This document shows, piece after piece, positions 1 through 9,117 of a DNA stretch of 64,000 nucleotides. The translations under genes and the position numbers were made by a program. Source of the stretch: a virus; IMG/VR virus record IMGVR_UViG_3300042887_002430, positions 1 to 64,000 of that record; one strand, 5' to 3'. The notes under the pieces are model-generated. The model was given only the letters and a program-made list of their open reading frames with translations. It made no database searches and was not told where the DNA came from. Position 1 is the first letter of the stretch. Each line of letters opens with the position of its first letter.

Positions 1-230
1 ACATGTACTAACATTTTGCTACAAGGGTCTTTAGGTAAAGTACCAGTCAATCCATACCTATGTGCAATATTTGCACCATGGTCAATCAATAAGGATTGTA
101 ATTGTGCTGCTTTAGTCCCATGACAATTGGATACTACGATATTATTAGCAATATAATTATGATTTTTCTTAACTTCTAAATTATATACAATATCAGGTTT
201 ATTAATTTCAGTACGTTTTGTTAATTTCAT
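1..230 (-). CDS. uvsW: UvsW-like SF2 helicase, C-terminal half preceded by split-intein IntC (runs off window edge; absent from ORF track)
   Basis: Manual translation from ATG at 230: MKLTKRTEINKPDIVYNLEVKKNHNYIANNIVVSN|CHGTKAAQLQSLL...RYGLTGTLP. CH completes the DE|CH Walker B; GLTGT is helicase motif III. Confidence 0.93.
   Translation of the reverse strand, partial: MKLTKRTEINKPDIVYNLEVKKNHNYIANNIVVSNCHGTKAAQLQSLLIDHGANIAHRYGLTGTLPKDPCSKMLVH
126..230 (-). mobile_element. Split intein C-fragment (IntC, 35 aa)
   Basis: Blocks F/G: VYNLEV..NHNYIANNIVVSN followed by Cys+1; net basic. Confidence 0.92.
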
Positions 231-235
231 ATTAT

Positions 236-631
236 TTAATTATATTGTTCGTTGAATACAAATACATCATCTCGTTCTACTTCTAAATCGCCATACTGCT
301 TAATTACATCATCCTCGTCATTAAATATTTTGAAACTATAAGAATCGTCTGGTAATGCTTTTAAAAAATTCAATATATCATCATATTTCTCCGGAGGATA
401 ACATACTGAAAAATCTTCATATATTGTTATATCAACGTTTTCATATTCACATCGGGTAACAATATCAAAGGATAATAATAATTCTATATGTTCATCATTT
501 ATTTCGGTATGTGCATCTTCTAATACAATAATTTCAACATCGATATATTCTTTTACGGTCATAATAATTACCTCATCATTTAAAAAATGTGGATAGGATA
601 TAATCCTATCCACCATAATATTACATATCAA
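236..631 (-). CDS. Hypothetical acidic protein (likely start ~562)
   Basis: ORF; GAGG RBS before MTVKEY. Confidence 0.6.
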   Translation of the reverse strand: MICNIMVDRIISYPHFLNDEVIIMTVKEYIDVEIIVLEDAHTEINDEHIELLLSFDIVTRCEYENVDITIYEDFSVCYPPEKYDDILNFLKALPDDSYSFKIFNDEDDVIKQYGDLEVERDDVFVFNEQYN

Positions 632-1100
632 TAGTGTAAGTCAACCCTAAATCGGTTATTAATTTTTGGAAAGATTCGTTCTTTAAAAATATATGTTTAA
701 TTTGCTTATGTGGATGATTTCTATTATTGGTATAGAATTTCAATTGTTTGCCATTATCAAATTCAATAATCAAAACAAATGGTCTATCATATGCTTCACT
801 TTGATATACTTGTATAATAGGCATTTTCGAAATATCTAATGAATATAAAGTATTATTACAATGTGTGAATACTTCTATTCTAATAGGTTTTTCTTTTACT
901 ATCACTTCTTCCCGAATATGATTACATTCCAAATAATCACCATCCAAATTTTCATCAGTATGATGATGATGTGAATCTTCTTCATTATGATGATGTGAAT
1001 CTTCTTCATTATCATCAACTACTACAACTGTTGTCGTAGTAGTTGGAGCAATAGTGGTTGGAGAAATAGTAGTCGTTGTTGTATCTTCTGGTTTGGCCAT
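621..1100 (-). CDS. Hypothetical protein with Thr-rich and His/Asp/Glu-rich N-terminus
   Basis: GAGG RBS; TTTTTISPTTIAPTTTTT and 2x NEEDSHHH. Confidence 0.7.
   Translation of the reverse strand: MAKPEDTTTTTISPTTIAPTTTTTVVVVDDNEEDSHHHNEEDSHHHHTDENLDGDYLECNHIREEVIVKEKPIRIEVFTHCNNTLYSLDISKMPIIQVYQSEAYDRPFVLIIEFDNGKQLKFYTNNRNHPHKQIKHIFLKNESFQKLITDLGLTYTIDM
963..1010. repeat. Perfect 24-bp tandem duplication encoding NEEDSHHH
   Basis: atgatgatgtgaatcttcttcatt at 963-986 and 987-1010. Confidence 0.95.
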
Positions 1101-1138
1101 AAAGTTTACCTCTTGTAAATATAGTTATAAACTAGTAT

Positions 1139-1381
1139 TTACATATATTTTTTAAACTTTATTATGATATTGTTTTGTATACTTTTTTCGCCATCTTTAA
1201 TCATTATATAATCACCATCATTTATTAATTGTTTCTTTCCATTATCATCATATATAAAAGGCATCATTAGCGGGTTACAATAGTGGGGGGATTTTATCTT
1301 TAAATTATCTTTTACAACAAAACCATCTTCCAAACCTACATAATATTTTTCTACTTTATAATGACACATGACAATCCTCAA
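1139..1381 (-). CDS. Hypothetical protein (likely start 1369)
   Basis: ORF with GAGG RBS before MCHYK. Confidence 0.55.
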   Translation of the reverse strand: MRIVMCHYKVEKYYVGLEDGFVVKDNLKIKSPHYCNPLMMPFIYDDNGKKQLINDGDYIMIKDGEKSIQNNIIIKFKKYM

Positions 1382-1449
1382 ATTAATAAAAGACGGTGAT
1401 ATTTATTATATCAAGAATTTTTTAAATTACACCATATTTTTTTGAATGA

Positions 1450-3480
1450 TTATAATCCTATAATGGTTTCATCGTTCAATTCATCTGCACGAATATAACC
1501 ATTATCCGTCATAATCAGATGATTTCCGGTAACTTCTAATACTACACTATTATCAAATTCTAATCTATACATTTTTTCATTATTTGATTTTAATAAATTT
1601 TGATGTTGTTTTACCACTTCATCAATTTCATAATGTCCATCATTATAAGATAATACATTATCACCTACCATAACATCTTTAATTTTCTTATAACTATAAT
1701 CTGCCATAGTAATTAAAGTATCACCATCTAAACATTCATCAACAACCACCATTTGGAATTGTGACATAACATGAGGAACATTCTGCAAGGTTTGCCATGT
1801 TGTGACAATATGGTCATGGTCCAGCGATGGGTTTAACGAATTATAATGGGTAACGTCTAATCCTAACTTTTCAAATTGTTCGACAGTTTGTTTAATCAAG
1901 GTTTTAGCAGGAACAATAGTTAATGTTTTACATCCTAGTTTAGCATACGAATCTACTAATACCGCATTCAGAATAGTGTTATGTGTAATAATACAATCAT
2001 CCGTAATATATAAATGGTCTTTATCCTCTAATAGGATACATTTAGTTTCGTCCATTCCATGATATGTAATAGATACAATTTTACGGTTCTTTGAAATTTT
2101 TCTAATGGTTTCTAAATTATCTGCACGATGTAAATAAAAATGTTTCTTCTTATCCATTATGGTGAAGAATTCATCAGGTTTAGCATGTGAAAAATAAACA
2201 GTAATACCGTATTGTTTATTATAATGTGGTCTATTGTTTAAAGGGTCCAATGTGCCGCCCTGTAATAGTACCATTTCCATTATCTGTTTTCTTAATTGTG
2301 AATGGAATACTAATACATTAATTTGACCATTAACAGAAATCATACCACCAACATCACACATCCCTTGCAAAAACCGTAATCTATCTGCTTGGTCACATAT
2401 AATATATTGTTCTGGAATGGTTTTATTATTGACAATAAAATCTTTTACCGCATCTAATATTTTTTGAGAATAATCATCAGAAGCTGTTAATATTCCACAG
2501 ACATCATCACCAGGAGTAGCCAGGGTTCTGACTTTTAGAATGATTCCATATGGTGCATAAGCATCCATAGCATCCATTAATAATATTTGACTATGACGAT
2601 GTGTACTTGCCGACTGTTCGGTAATAACTAATTTATCGTTCTTTAATTCTACGAATGGCAGAATGCTTCCCGCAAGATAAGGGTCAATATAATATTCATG
2701 TTTACTGAAATTAATAGGAACTGGAATAGATGGAACATAAAAACTATTCTTAGTAGTTTTCATATTATTCATAATCTGTTTAGCAGTATATAAAGAATAT
2801 GGTTCCTTATCATCGGCGTACCATCTACTATTATAAATTTTCCATATATGACCAGAATGGCAATACGTTTCACTACCATCTTCAAATAATACTTTATATA
2901 CTCTGGTAACACCCTGTTCAAAGGTATCCACTACTTGGGTAATAGTATTCTTGGGTGTCATTACCAAATCACCCTTTTTAATATCACCCATAGTAGTCCA
3001 GCCAGTAGGGGTCAATATTTTGCAATATAAGGGCTGTGCTTTGCCAAAACCAGTACCAGCCAATGCAATACCACCACCATGTGTTACCATCGTCTTAGCA
3101 GCCTCTAATTGATGGTCTGTTAGGGTATATGGTTGGTTACTTTTAGTATTAACAATATGTGAAAAATAATCATCTTCAATAGTCGTTGGACATATTTCAT
3201 GAAATGGTGATTGTCTTTCATCAACATATCGAATATTTTTGTATCCCCATTTTTTTAATTTTTTAATAATTTTTGGCAATAAAAATAAATATGTTGCTCC
3301 ATTCTTGGTAAAGAATTGTTTTTTACCATCCCATTTTCCAATTTGATAGGTAGCCACAAATCTATATCCATCCATAAATATTGCATATTCATCTACCAAT
3401 TGGTCAATAACTCCCCTATCCAATCCATAGAATGCACATTTAACTTCATCAAAAATTCGAACTGTTATTTCTTTTGTCAT
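1450..3480 (-). CDS. uvsW: UvsW-like helicase N-terminal half with a cis intein and a terminal split-intein IntN
   Basis: GKWDGK N-domain; Walker A GTGFGK|T interrupted; VVVDE| then intein N-part and TAA stop; next to uvsY/uvsX. Confidence 0.92.
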   Translation of the reverse strand: MTKEITVRIFDEVKCAFYGLDRGVIDQLVDEYAIFMDGYRFVATYQIGKWDGKKQFFTKNGATYLFLLPKIIKKLKKWGYKNIRYVDERQSPFHEICPTTIEDDYFSHIVNTKSNQPYTLTDHQLEAAKTMVTHGGGIALAGTGFGKAQPLYCKILTPTGWTTMGDIKKGDLVMTPKNTITQVVDTFEQGVTRVYKVLFEDGSETYCHSGHIWKIYNSRWYADDKEPYSLYTAKQIMNNMKTTKNSFYVPSIPVPINFSKHEYYIDPYLAGSILPFVELKNDKLVITEQSASTHRHSQILLMDAMDAYAPYGIILKVRTLATPGDDVCGILTASDDYSQKILDAVKDFIVNNKTIPEQYIICDQADRLRFLQGMCDVGGMISVNGQINVLVFHSQLRKQIMEMVLLQGGTLDPLNNRPHYNKQYGITVYFSHAKPDEFFTIMDKKKHFYLHRADNLETIRKISKNRKIVSITYHGMDETKCILLEDKDHLYITDDCIITHNTILNAVLVDSYAKLGCKTLTIVPAKTLIKQTVEQFEKLGLDVTHYNSLNPSLDHDHIVTTWQTLQNVPHVMSQFQMVVVDECLDGDTLITMADYSYKKIKDVMVGDNVLSYNDGHYEIDEVVKQHQNLLKSNNEKMYRLEFDNSVVLEVTGNHLIMTDNGYIRADELNDETIIGL
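1453..1734 (-). mobile_element. Split intein N-fragment (IntN, 94 aa)
   Basis: Block A CLDGDTLITMAD, block B VTGNHLI, ends GYIRADEL..IIGL-stop without blocks F/G; net acidic. Confidence 0.92.
1978..3039 (-). mobile_element. Class 3 (Ala1) intein with degenerate LAGLIDADG domain in UvsW P-loop, 354 aa
   Basis: GK|AQPLYCKILTPTGW...GHIW...TKCIL...IITHN|T shows the W-C-T triplet; FLQGMCDVGG resembles LAGLIDADG. Confidence 0.88.
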
Positions 3481-3534
3481 ATATTTTTTATTATTAGATT
3501 TTAAAAACTGATTATTTAATCATTAGGATAATGA

Positions 3535-3999
3535 TTATGTCATTTCCCATTCTTGAACATTAGCTGTAATTAATTTTGTAAGATTATTTAAATTATAGCC
3601 CCTAGTTTTAAAAGATTCCCTAACCCGTTCAAACTGTCCCCATAATTCATTAACCTTCAAATATTTTTCATACATATCCAAATATTCTTGATTTTGTTTT
3701 ATATATCGTTCAATATCTTTCTGTGCTAACTGTCTATCATAATGCTCAGTATATTTCATCCATAATTGTCCTTGTACTTCATCTAATTTCATCTCCACAT
3801 AATCTCTAATGTTTTTTACTTCAACACCCTTTTGATGATAATAATTAGCCCACCCAGAATGTTCAACATTTGCAAAGTCTATTTGTTTACCTTTTAGTTT
3901 TATAATATCATCTGCTTCCATTAAATCATTTTGGTATAATTCTATTACACTATCTAATACTTTTAAATCTTTCTTTAATACATCAATAATATTTGCCAT
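3535..3999 (-). CDS. uvsY: UvsY-like recombination mediator
   Basis: Helical 154-aa protein, YDRQLAQKDIERYI...FKTRGYNLNNL pattern; between uvsW and uvsX. Confidence 0.7.
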   Translation of the reverse strand: MANIIDVLKKDLKVLDSVIELYQNDLMEADDIIKLKGKQIDFANVEHSGWANYYHQKGVEVKNIRDYVEMKLDEVQGQLWMKYTEHYDRQLAQKDIERYIKQNQEYLDMYEKYLKVNELWGQFERVRESFKTRGYNLNNLTKLITANVQEWEMT

Positions 4000-4017
4000 G
4001 ATAATCTCTCCCTATTA

Positions 4018-4045
4018 AAAGCCCCTCCCGGTAGGGAGGGGCTTT
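4018..4045. terminator. Intergenic GC hairpin
   Basis: aaagcccctccc-ggta-gggaggggcttt. Confidence 0.7.
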
Positions 4046-4051
4046 ATTATA

Positions 4052-5083
4052 TTACTCTACAACTTCCAAATCTTCTAATTCTGCAGATATTTTGAAGAAA
4101 GCATTAGATTTCTCTTCACATAATTTAAGAATTGCTTCGGCATGGTCTTCAAATTTTCCAGATTGGAATTTTACTTCAGGGTCTCCATAAGAATTCCATG
4201 TTCCACCCTTAACAACACCTAATCCAATAGCAGCATCTAATAATCCACTATATTGTGACATTCCTTCATCATAAGGAACTTCTACTGTAACGGTTTGGAA
4301 AGGTTTTGTAAATCTTGTCTTATATCCTTCTACCTTCATACGGATACCAGTAACAGAATCCTTATCTTTCAATTTTAATTTTGAAATCAATACGATTTGA
4401 GAAGCACAATATTTGATAGATTCCGTAACTACCCATTTACCATTACCAGCCATGATTTGTTCTTGATTAGCAGGATATACTTGTTTTGTAAAGATGATAC
4501 TAATATTCAAATTAGAAATCGTGTTCACAAAAGGTTTTAACATGCTTTTCAATTGTTTAGCCTGTTGACCTTGGTCAGCATTACCATCACCTTTCTTGAA
4601 TTTATCATGTTCTGAATTAGTCATCAACATATCAGCACTATCAATAGCAATGACAACTTTCGGAGCATTTTCAAAATCATCTTCATAATCTTCTTTATAT
4701 CCTTTAATAAAGGTAGAGATGATTTTTGTAACATTATCAATAGTTGTAACCCTAACACAATGATAATGCTCAGATGATGTATCAATGCCTATAGCACCAG
4801 CAAAATCTCTATCAAAGGCATTTTCCGAATCTAATACAAAAATCATAGCACCTTCAGATTGTGCTTGTTTTAATACATTAGCTAATAAAAATGATTTTCC
4901 CGCCCCGGAAGCACCAGCAAATGCGGTAATTCTACCTTGTGGCAAAAATTGATGGAAACTCCCACCAATAATTCTATTGATTGTTACATTCCCACTACCA
5001 AACCAATATCTAGGTGGTGAATCATCTGTTGTGACACCATCCATTTTATTCATTGATTTGTGTAAATTCTTCATAAATTGCAT
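4052..5083 (-). CDS. uvsX: UvsX/RecA-like recombinase (start reassigned to 5083)
   Basis: GASGAGKS, LDSENA, IDS, KTRFTKPF; AGGA RBS before MQFMK. Confidence 0.92.
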   Translation of the reverse strand: MQFMKNLHKSMNKMDGVTTDDSPPRYWFGSGNVTINRIIGGSFHQFLPQGRITAFAGASGAGKSFLLANVLKQAQSEGAMIFVLDSENAFDRDFAGAIGIDTSSEHYHCVRVTTIDNVTKIISTFIKGYKEDYEDDFENAPKVVIAIDSADMLMTNSEHDKFKKGDGNADQGQQAKQLKSMLKPFVNTISNLNISIIFTKQVYPANQEQIMAGNGKWVVTESIKYCASQIVLISKLKLKDKDSVTGIRMKVEGYKTRFTKPFQTVTVEVPYDEGMSQYSGLLDAAIGLGVVKGGTWNSYGDPEVKFQSGKFEDHAEAILKLCEEKSNAFFKISAELEDLEVVE

Positions 5084-5164
5084 ATTATTATTCCTATCAT
5101 TTAGTAAATTAAATAGCATCCTAACCATGAACATTAATGGTTAGGATGCTCTTAACGATTGTGA

Positions 5165-6121
5165 CTATTCAGGTTTATTAGATTTACCACGTAATCTATT
5201 TAACATAGATAACGCATCTTCATCCTCGTCATCATCACTAGACTCTGGAACATATACAGGCTTTTTAACTTTCGGAGCAGGTGCTTCATACTCATCTTCA
5301 TCCTCCGAAAATAATGCAGCAGGTTTTGATGATTTAGTTTCATTAAATGAGGAAACACGTTTTGTAGGTGCTTCATATTCATCTTCATCCTCATCAGCAT
5401 CTTCACGAAGAAATGCTGCCATTTGTTGAACTAGATATGTTTTCTCAGGTTTGGAAGGTCTGATATCTTCTAAATCAACAATATTTTCTTCGATATACTC
5501 TACGACTTCTGGTGATAATTCTGATGGATATTTCTCGAATCTACTTCTGTTATATTCAGCAAAAGATTCTTTACCACGTCCTTTACTTTCAGATTGTGTT
5601 TTTCTGATAACAAAGTTAGTACCATCATCATAAGCATGCGGAGCACTTTCAACATCACCCTCTTTAATAGCAGCTACTAAAGAATCATAAATCTGAGCAC
5701 CTAATGAAACAGTTTTATACAATCCATCATTGTTTTCACCAGTTTCAACATCAACCGGCAATGGGTCTTTTACCACCAACACCTGACCTAACCATGAACG
5801 TTTACGATACATTTGTTTACCACGAACAGAATCTTTACCTTCTTTAGTGAAGAATTCTTGTGAACGTTTGCACATTGGGCAATCTTCACCATATTGTTTC
5901 AAACATGGTATAGACCGTTTTTTACCATCAATAATTAATTCATGTGAATGGTATTCCAGTAAGAACCAAGGATTTTCTTCATTTTTGTCAGGTAAGAATC
6001 TTACTGTAGCCGATTCATCAATTCTCATATTCCAGAAAGGATAACGAGATGAATTATTTCTGGAAATGGGCTTCGTGTTAAGTTTATTTTGTAACGCCGA
6101 TAAGTCAAAAGTTCTAGCCAT
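5165..6121 (-). CDS. gp32-like ssDNA-binding protein (start reassigned to 6121)
   Basis: VRFLP, H..C..CPMC zinc site, YNRSRF, acidic tail. Confidence 0.88.
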   Translation of the reverse strand: MARTFDLSALQNKLNTKPISRNNSSRYPFWNMRIDESATVRFLPDKNEENPWFLLEYHSHELIIDGKKRSIPCLKQYGEDCPMCKRSQEFFTKEGKDSVRGKQMYRKRSWLGQVLVVKDPLPVDVETGENNDGLYKTVSLGAQIYDSLVAAIKEGDVESAPHAYDDGTNFVIRKTQSESKGRGKESFAEYNRSRFEKYPSELSPEVVEYIEENIVDLEDIRPSKPEKTYLVQQMAAFLREDADEDEDEYEAPTKRVSSFNETKSSKPAALFSEDEDEYEAPAPKVKKPVYVPESSDDDEDEDALSMLNRLRGKSNKPE

Positions 6122-6261
6122 TTTAAATTGTCCTATTATAAAATATAAATCATTAATTAAAATAAAATTTACTATCTTGGTATAACCCTTCGATGGATAG
6201 CTCACCGTTTGCATATTTATAATAAATCTACAAACTGTATATTCTACAGGACAGACTGTCA

Positions 6262-6939
6262 TTATAGACTAGTTTTTCTAGTTGTCAACAACTTTTTTGA
6301 TACAAAATCAATTAATTTATTACCACTTTCAGTAATAGTTAATGATGCAGTATCTATTACATACTCTGAACATATAGGGACATCATATCCAGAATCAATA
6401 CCCGTAAAGAATTTTATATCACCATTTCTAGCTTTCTTATACAATCCTTTAGGGTCTCTACCCTCACATACCGTTAATGAACAATCCATATAGATTTCAT
6501 TAAATTTTTCACCAATGATATTTCTTGCAATATTCCTATCTGCAGCAAATGGTGATATCAATGACACAATTACCACAATACCAGCATCCAACATTAATTT
6601 AGATACCTCCGCAACTCTTCTAATATTTTCTGTTCTATCATCATCAGAAAATGTTAAATCTTTACATAAACCCAACCTAACACTATCACCATCCAAAATA
6701 TATGATGATATGCCACTAGAATGCAGATAGTCTTCCACATAATTAGCTAATGTACTTTTACCTGAACCAGACAATCCAGTTAACCATATCACACAAGGAT
6801 TGTAATTATTCCTCGTAACCCTATCGGAATGCGTTATAGATGGTACATGAATATATAAATCTTTCACCATATCATGATGATTTGGTAATAATTTCTCATC
6901 ATGTAATTCGTTATACTTTTCTATCGTAAGTTCACACAT
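6262..6939 (-). CDS. cysC: Adenylyl-sulfate (APS) kinase
   Basis: WLTGLSGSGKST, LDGDSVR, DRTENIRR, RDPKGLY, FTGIDSGY. Confidence 0.95.
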   Translation of the reverse strand: MCELTIEKYNELHDEKLLPNHHDMVKDLYIHVPSITHSDRVTRNNYNPCVIWLTGLSGSGKSTLANYVEDYLHSSGISSYILDGDSVRLGLCKDLTFSDDDRTENIRRVAEVSKLMLDAGIVVIVSLISPFAADRNIARNIIGEKFNEIYMDCSLTVCEGRDPKGLYKKARNGDIKFFTGIDSGYDVPICSEYVIDTASLTITESGNKLIDFVSKKLLTTRKTSL

Positions 6940-7244
6940 TAAAAATTCTCCTTTATCGTTTGCATATAATTATCAATATGATGCTTTACTGAATTATAGT
7001 CTACCAATTTTTTCGATGGTGAACCATATTCTTTATACATATCAATAATTTGAATACGATTCGTATGGTGTAACACATCATCAAATGAATATAACTTCCG
7101 CATCTGTTGCTTCATATTTTTCATAATTTTATTTAAATTTCTAGGATTATGAAAGGATACAAAATATAAAACTTTCTTATTATTAATACTGTATACAATA
7201 TCTTTAATTCTAATTTTATCAGTTATTATATAATTAACGTGCAT
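6939..7244 (-). CDS. Hypothetical protein
   Basis: ORF coupled to cysC. Confidence 0.55.
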   Translation of the reverse strand: MHVNYIITDKIRIKDIVYSINNKKVLYFVSFHNPRNLNKIMKNMKQQMRKLYSFDDVLHHTNRIQIIDMYKEYGSPSKKLVDYNSVKHHIDNYMQTIKENF

Positions 7245-7314
7245 AATTATTTTCTCTAAATAGTTGAAACAATTATTATAACATAATAATATTATTCATT
7301 TACCAGGATTCTTT

Positions 7315-7497
7315 ATGATTTTACATCAAACCCAACAATATGCCATTAAAGTAAATGGTTCTGTAGTATCTAAACATTTTTCAGAAATGGAAGCACAAGC
7401 ACAGTTGTTATCATTAAAATCTTCTAATAATGCATTATATGAAAATGCAATGATTAGTATTGTTACAGAAGATAATAAATCCTTACTTTTAGGATAA
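7315..7497 (+). CDS. Small hypothetical protein
   Basis: AGGA RBS; stop overlaps next ATG. Confidence 0.6.
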   Translation: MILHQTQQYAIKVNGSVVSKHFSEMEAQAQLLSLKSSNNALYENAMISIVTEDNKSLLLG

Positions 7498-7805
7498 TGA
7501 ATCTTCCAGATGCTAAGGTTCTATATAATCGTTTAAAAGCATCTGCCAAAAAACGTAATATAGAATTTAATCTTTCCGTTACAGATATGTATCATATAGA
7601 TTATCCATTGACCTGTCCCATTTTAGGAATACCAATGGCTTTTAATCGTGGTAAGGTACAAGATAATTCTTATTCGGTGGATAGGATTGATAATAATATT
7701 GGTTATCAATTAGATAATATTCAAATCATTTCTTATCGTGCTAACATATTGAAGAATAATGCATCCTTAGCAGAGCTAAGGATGCTCTCTCACCATTTTA
7801 ACTAA
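7497..7805 (+). CDS. Small His-Me finger/HNH-like endonuclease-family protein
   Basis: CPILGIP..SVDRIDNNIGYQLDNIQIIS..AN..KN. Confidence 0.7.
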   Translation: MNLPDAKVLYNRLKASAKKRNIEFNLSVTDMYHIDYPLTCPILGIPMAFNRGKVQDNSYSVDRIDNNIGYQLDNIQIISYRANILKNNASLAELRMLSHHFN

Positions 7806-9117
7806 ACAATCTTTCTCTAATGGTATTTAAATCATCATTTACTAATAATTTGCCATTGTGGTAATAGGTAGTAAGATTTAAATCATCGAACCGCCCACCT
7901 TTAGATTTTTTAGCTCTTGATGTAATAGGATTCTTAACAGTATCTACCCATACTCCATTAATCTTCATAGCAGAGGTTTTCTGTGCAAATGAATATGTAT
8001 CTCTGTTAACCTTCTGCAACAATCCACCACCAGAACCATACACTAAGGTTTCAGCAGCATATCCAAGAAGTTCAATCATTGAACATAATCCACCCATAGT
8101 ATCAGTATCAATACCATCACCTTGAATAAGTGAAACATTATTTAATACTTTGAATCCTTTAGAATTTACGGTATGACCGAAATAAGATTCGATGATATCA
8201 ATAACTTTAGGAGCCACTTCATAGGCATCACCACTATCTAATCGTACTACTACCTTAACACCAGATTCAATAATATGGTCTTTTAATTCTTTACATAACA
8301 ATTCAGTATCTCTAAAAATATCATAACCATCTAATACAATAGAAACAATATCACCAGATTTACAACTATTAATAACAGTCTTTAAATAATCTAATTGATT
8401 AGCATCCCCATATGCGCATTGTACACTATGCTCAGTGGCCGGAATTGAAAACCCTGCCATAGATACTCCATAATACTCTTTCGCGGCTCTAATGGCTGGT
8501 AAATCGTCTGTACCTTTAAAATATAATAAATGTGCTAATCCACCAACTTCTGCAGATTCTTCTGATGTTACACCTCTGGAACCAAACGAATGATATGAAT
8601 AAACAATATTTTCAACATTATCAGATGTTCTATCATAAGATTCTTTTAAAATCTTATAATTCTTATAATCATTAGAAGCAATAGTAGAAGGGTACCAAAT
8701 GGCACGTTGCAACCATGTTTCAATATATGATGGTAACCAGAATAATTCATCATCTTCACATTCAATAGTAACAATAGGTGTTGATGATTGTGTTGGCGTA
8801 CCTTCTAATACACCTTTAATAGTGATAGGCAATAATCCATTATATTCATTAACAATCTTCAACCATCCTTCACGGTTAAAAGGCAAACCGTGCAATGGTA
8901 ATAATTCTTCAGCCTCTTCAATATCATCTAATGTAACAGGGGTTAACAAATATTTTTTGATAGCCATTTGTAAACCAAATGGAATAATCGTTTCATTTTT
9001 AACTCTTGCCTCAATATAGGCATATTGTCCAGTAGTATTTTCTGGATACATTTTATAATGACTAGCTTTATAACTATCAGCATTTAAGATTAAATTTGTT
9101 TTCATTTTTATTACCAT
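7798..9117 (-). CDS. nadV: Nicotinamide phosphoribosyltransferase (Nampt)
   Basis: ADSYKASH, FGSRG, PATEHS, RLDSGD, IQGDG, GSGGGLLQKVNRDT. Confidence 0.95.
   Translation of the reverse strand: MVIKMKTNLILNADSYKASHYKMYPENTTGQYAYIEARVKNETIIPFGLQMAIKKYLLTPVTLDDIEEAEELLPLHGLPFNREGWLKIVNEYNGLLPITIKGVLEGTPTQSSTPIVTIECEDDELFWLPSYIETWLQRAIWYPSTIASNDYKNYKILKESYDRTSDNVENIVYSYHSFGSRGVTSEESAEVGGLAHLLYFKGTDDLPAIRAAKEYYGVSMAGFSIPATEHSVQCAYGDANQLDYLKTVINSCKSGDIVSIVLDGYDIFRDTELLCKELKDHIIESGVKVVVRLDSGDAYEVAPKVIDIIESYFGHTVNSKGFKVLNNVSLIQGDGIDTDTMGGLCSMIELLGYAAETLVYGSGGGLLQKVNRDTYSFAQKTSAMKINGVWVDTVKNPITSRAKKSKGGRFDDLNLTTYYHNGKLLVNDDLNTIRERLFS

Noticed and set aside
1440-1460. UvsW truncation as a pseudogene, frameshift or recoded stop
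   Set aside because: The stop is TAA exactly at the end of an intein N-part, and a matching IntC gene with its own ATG exists; TAG and TGA also end normal genes in this window.
6122-6221. Gene 32-type autoregulatory pseudoknot
   Set aside because: An AU-rich leader and late promoter are present, but I could not build a convincing pseudoknot by eye.
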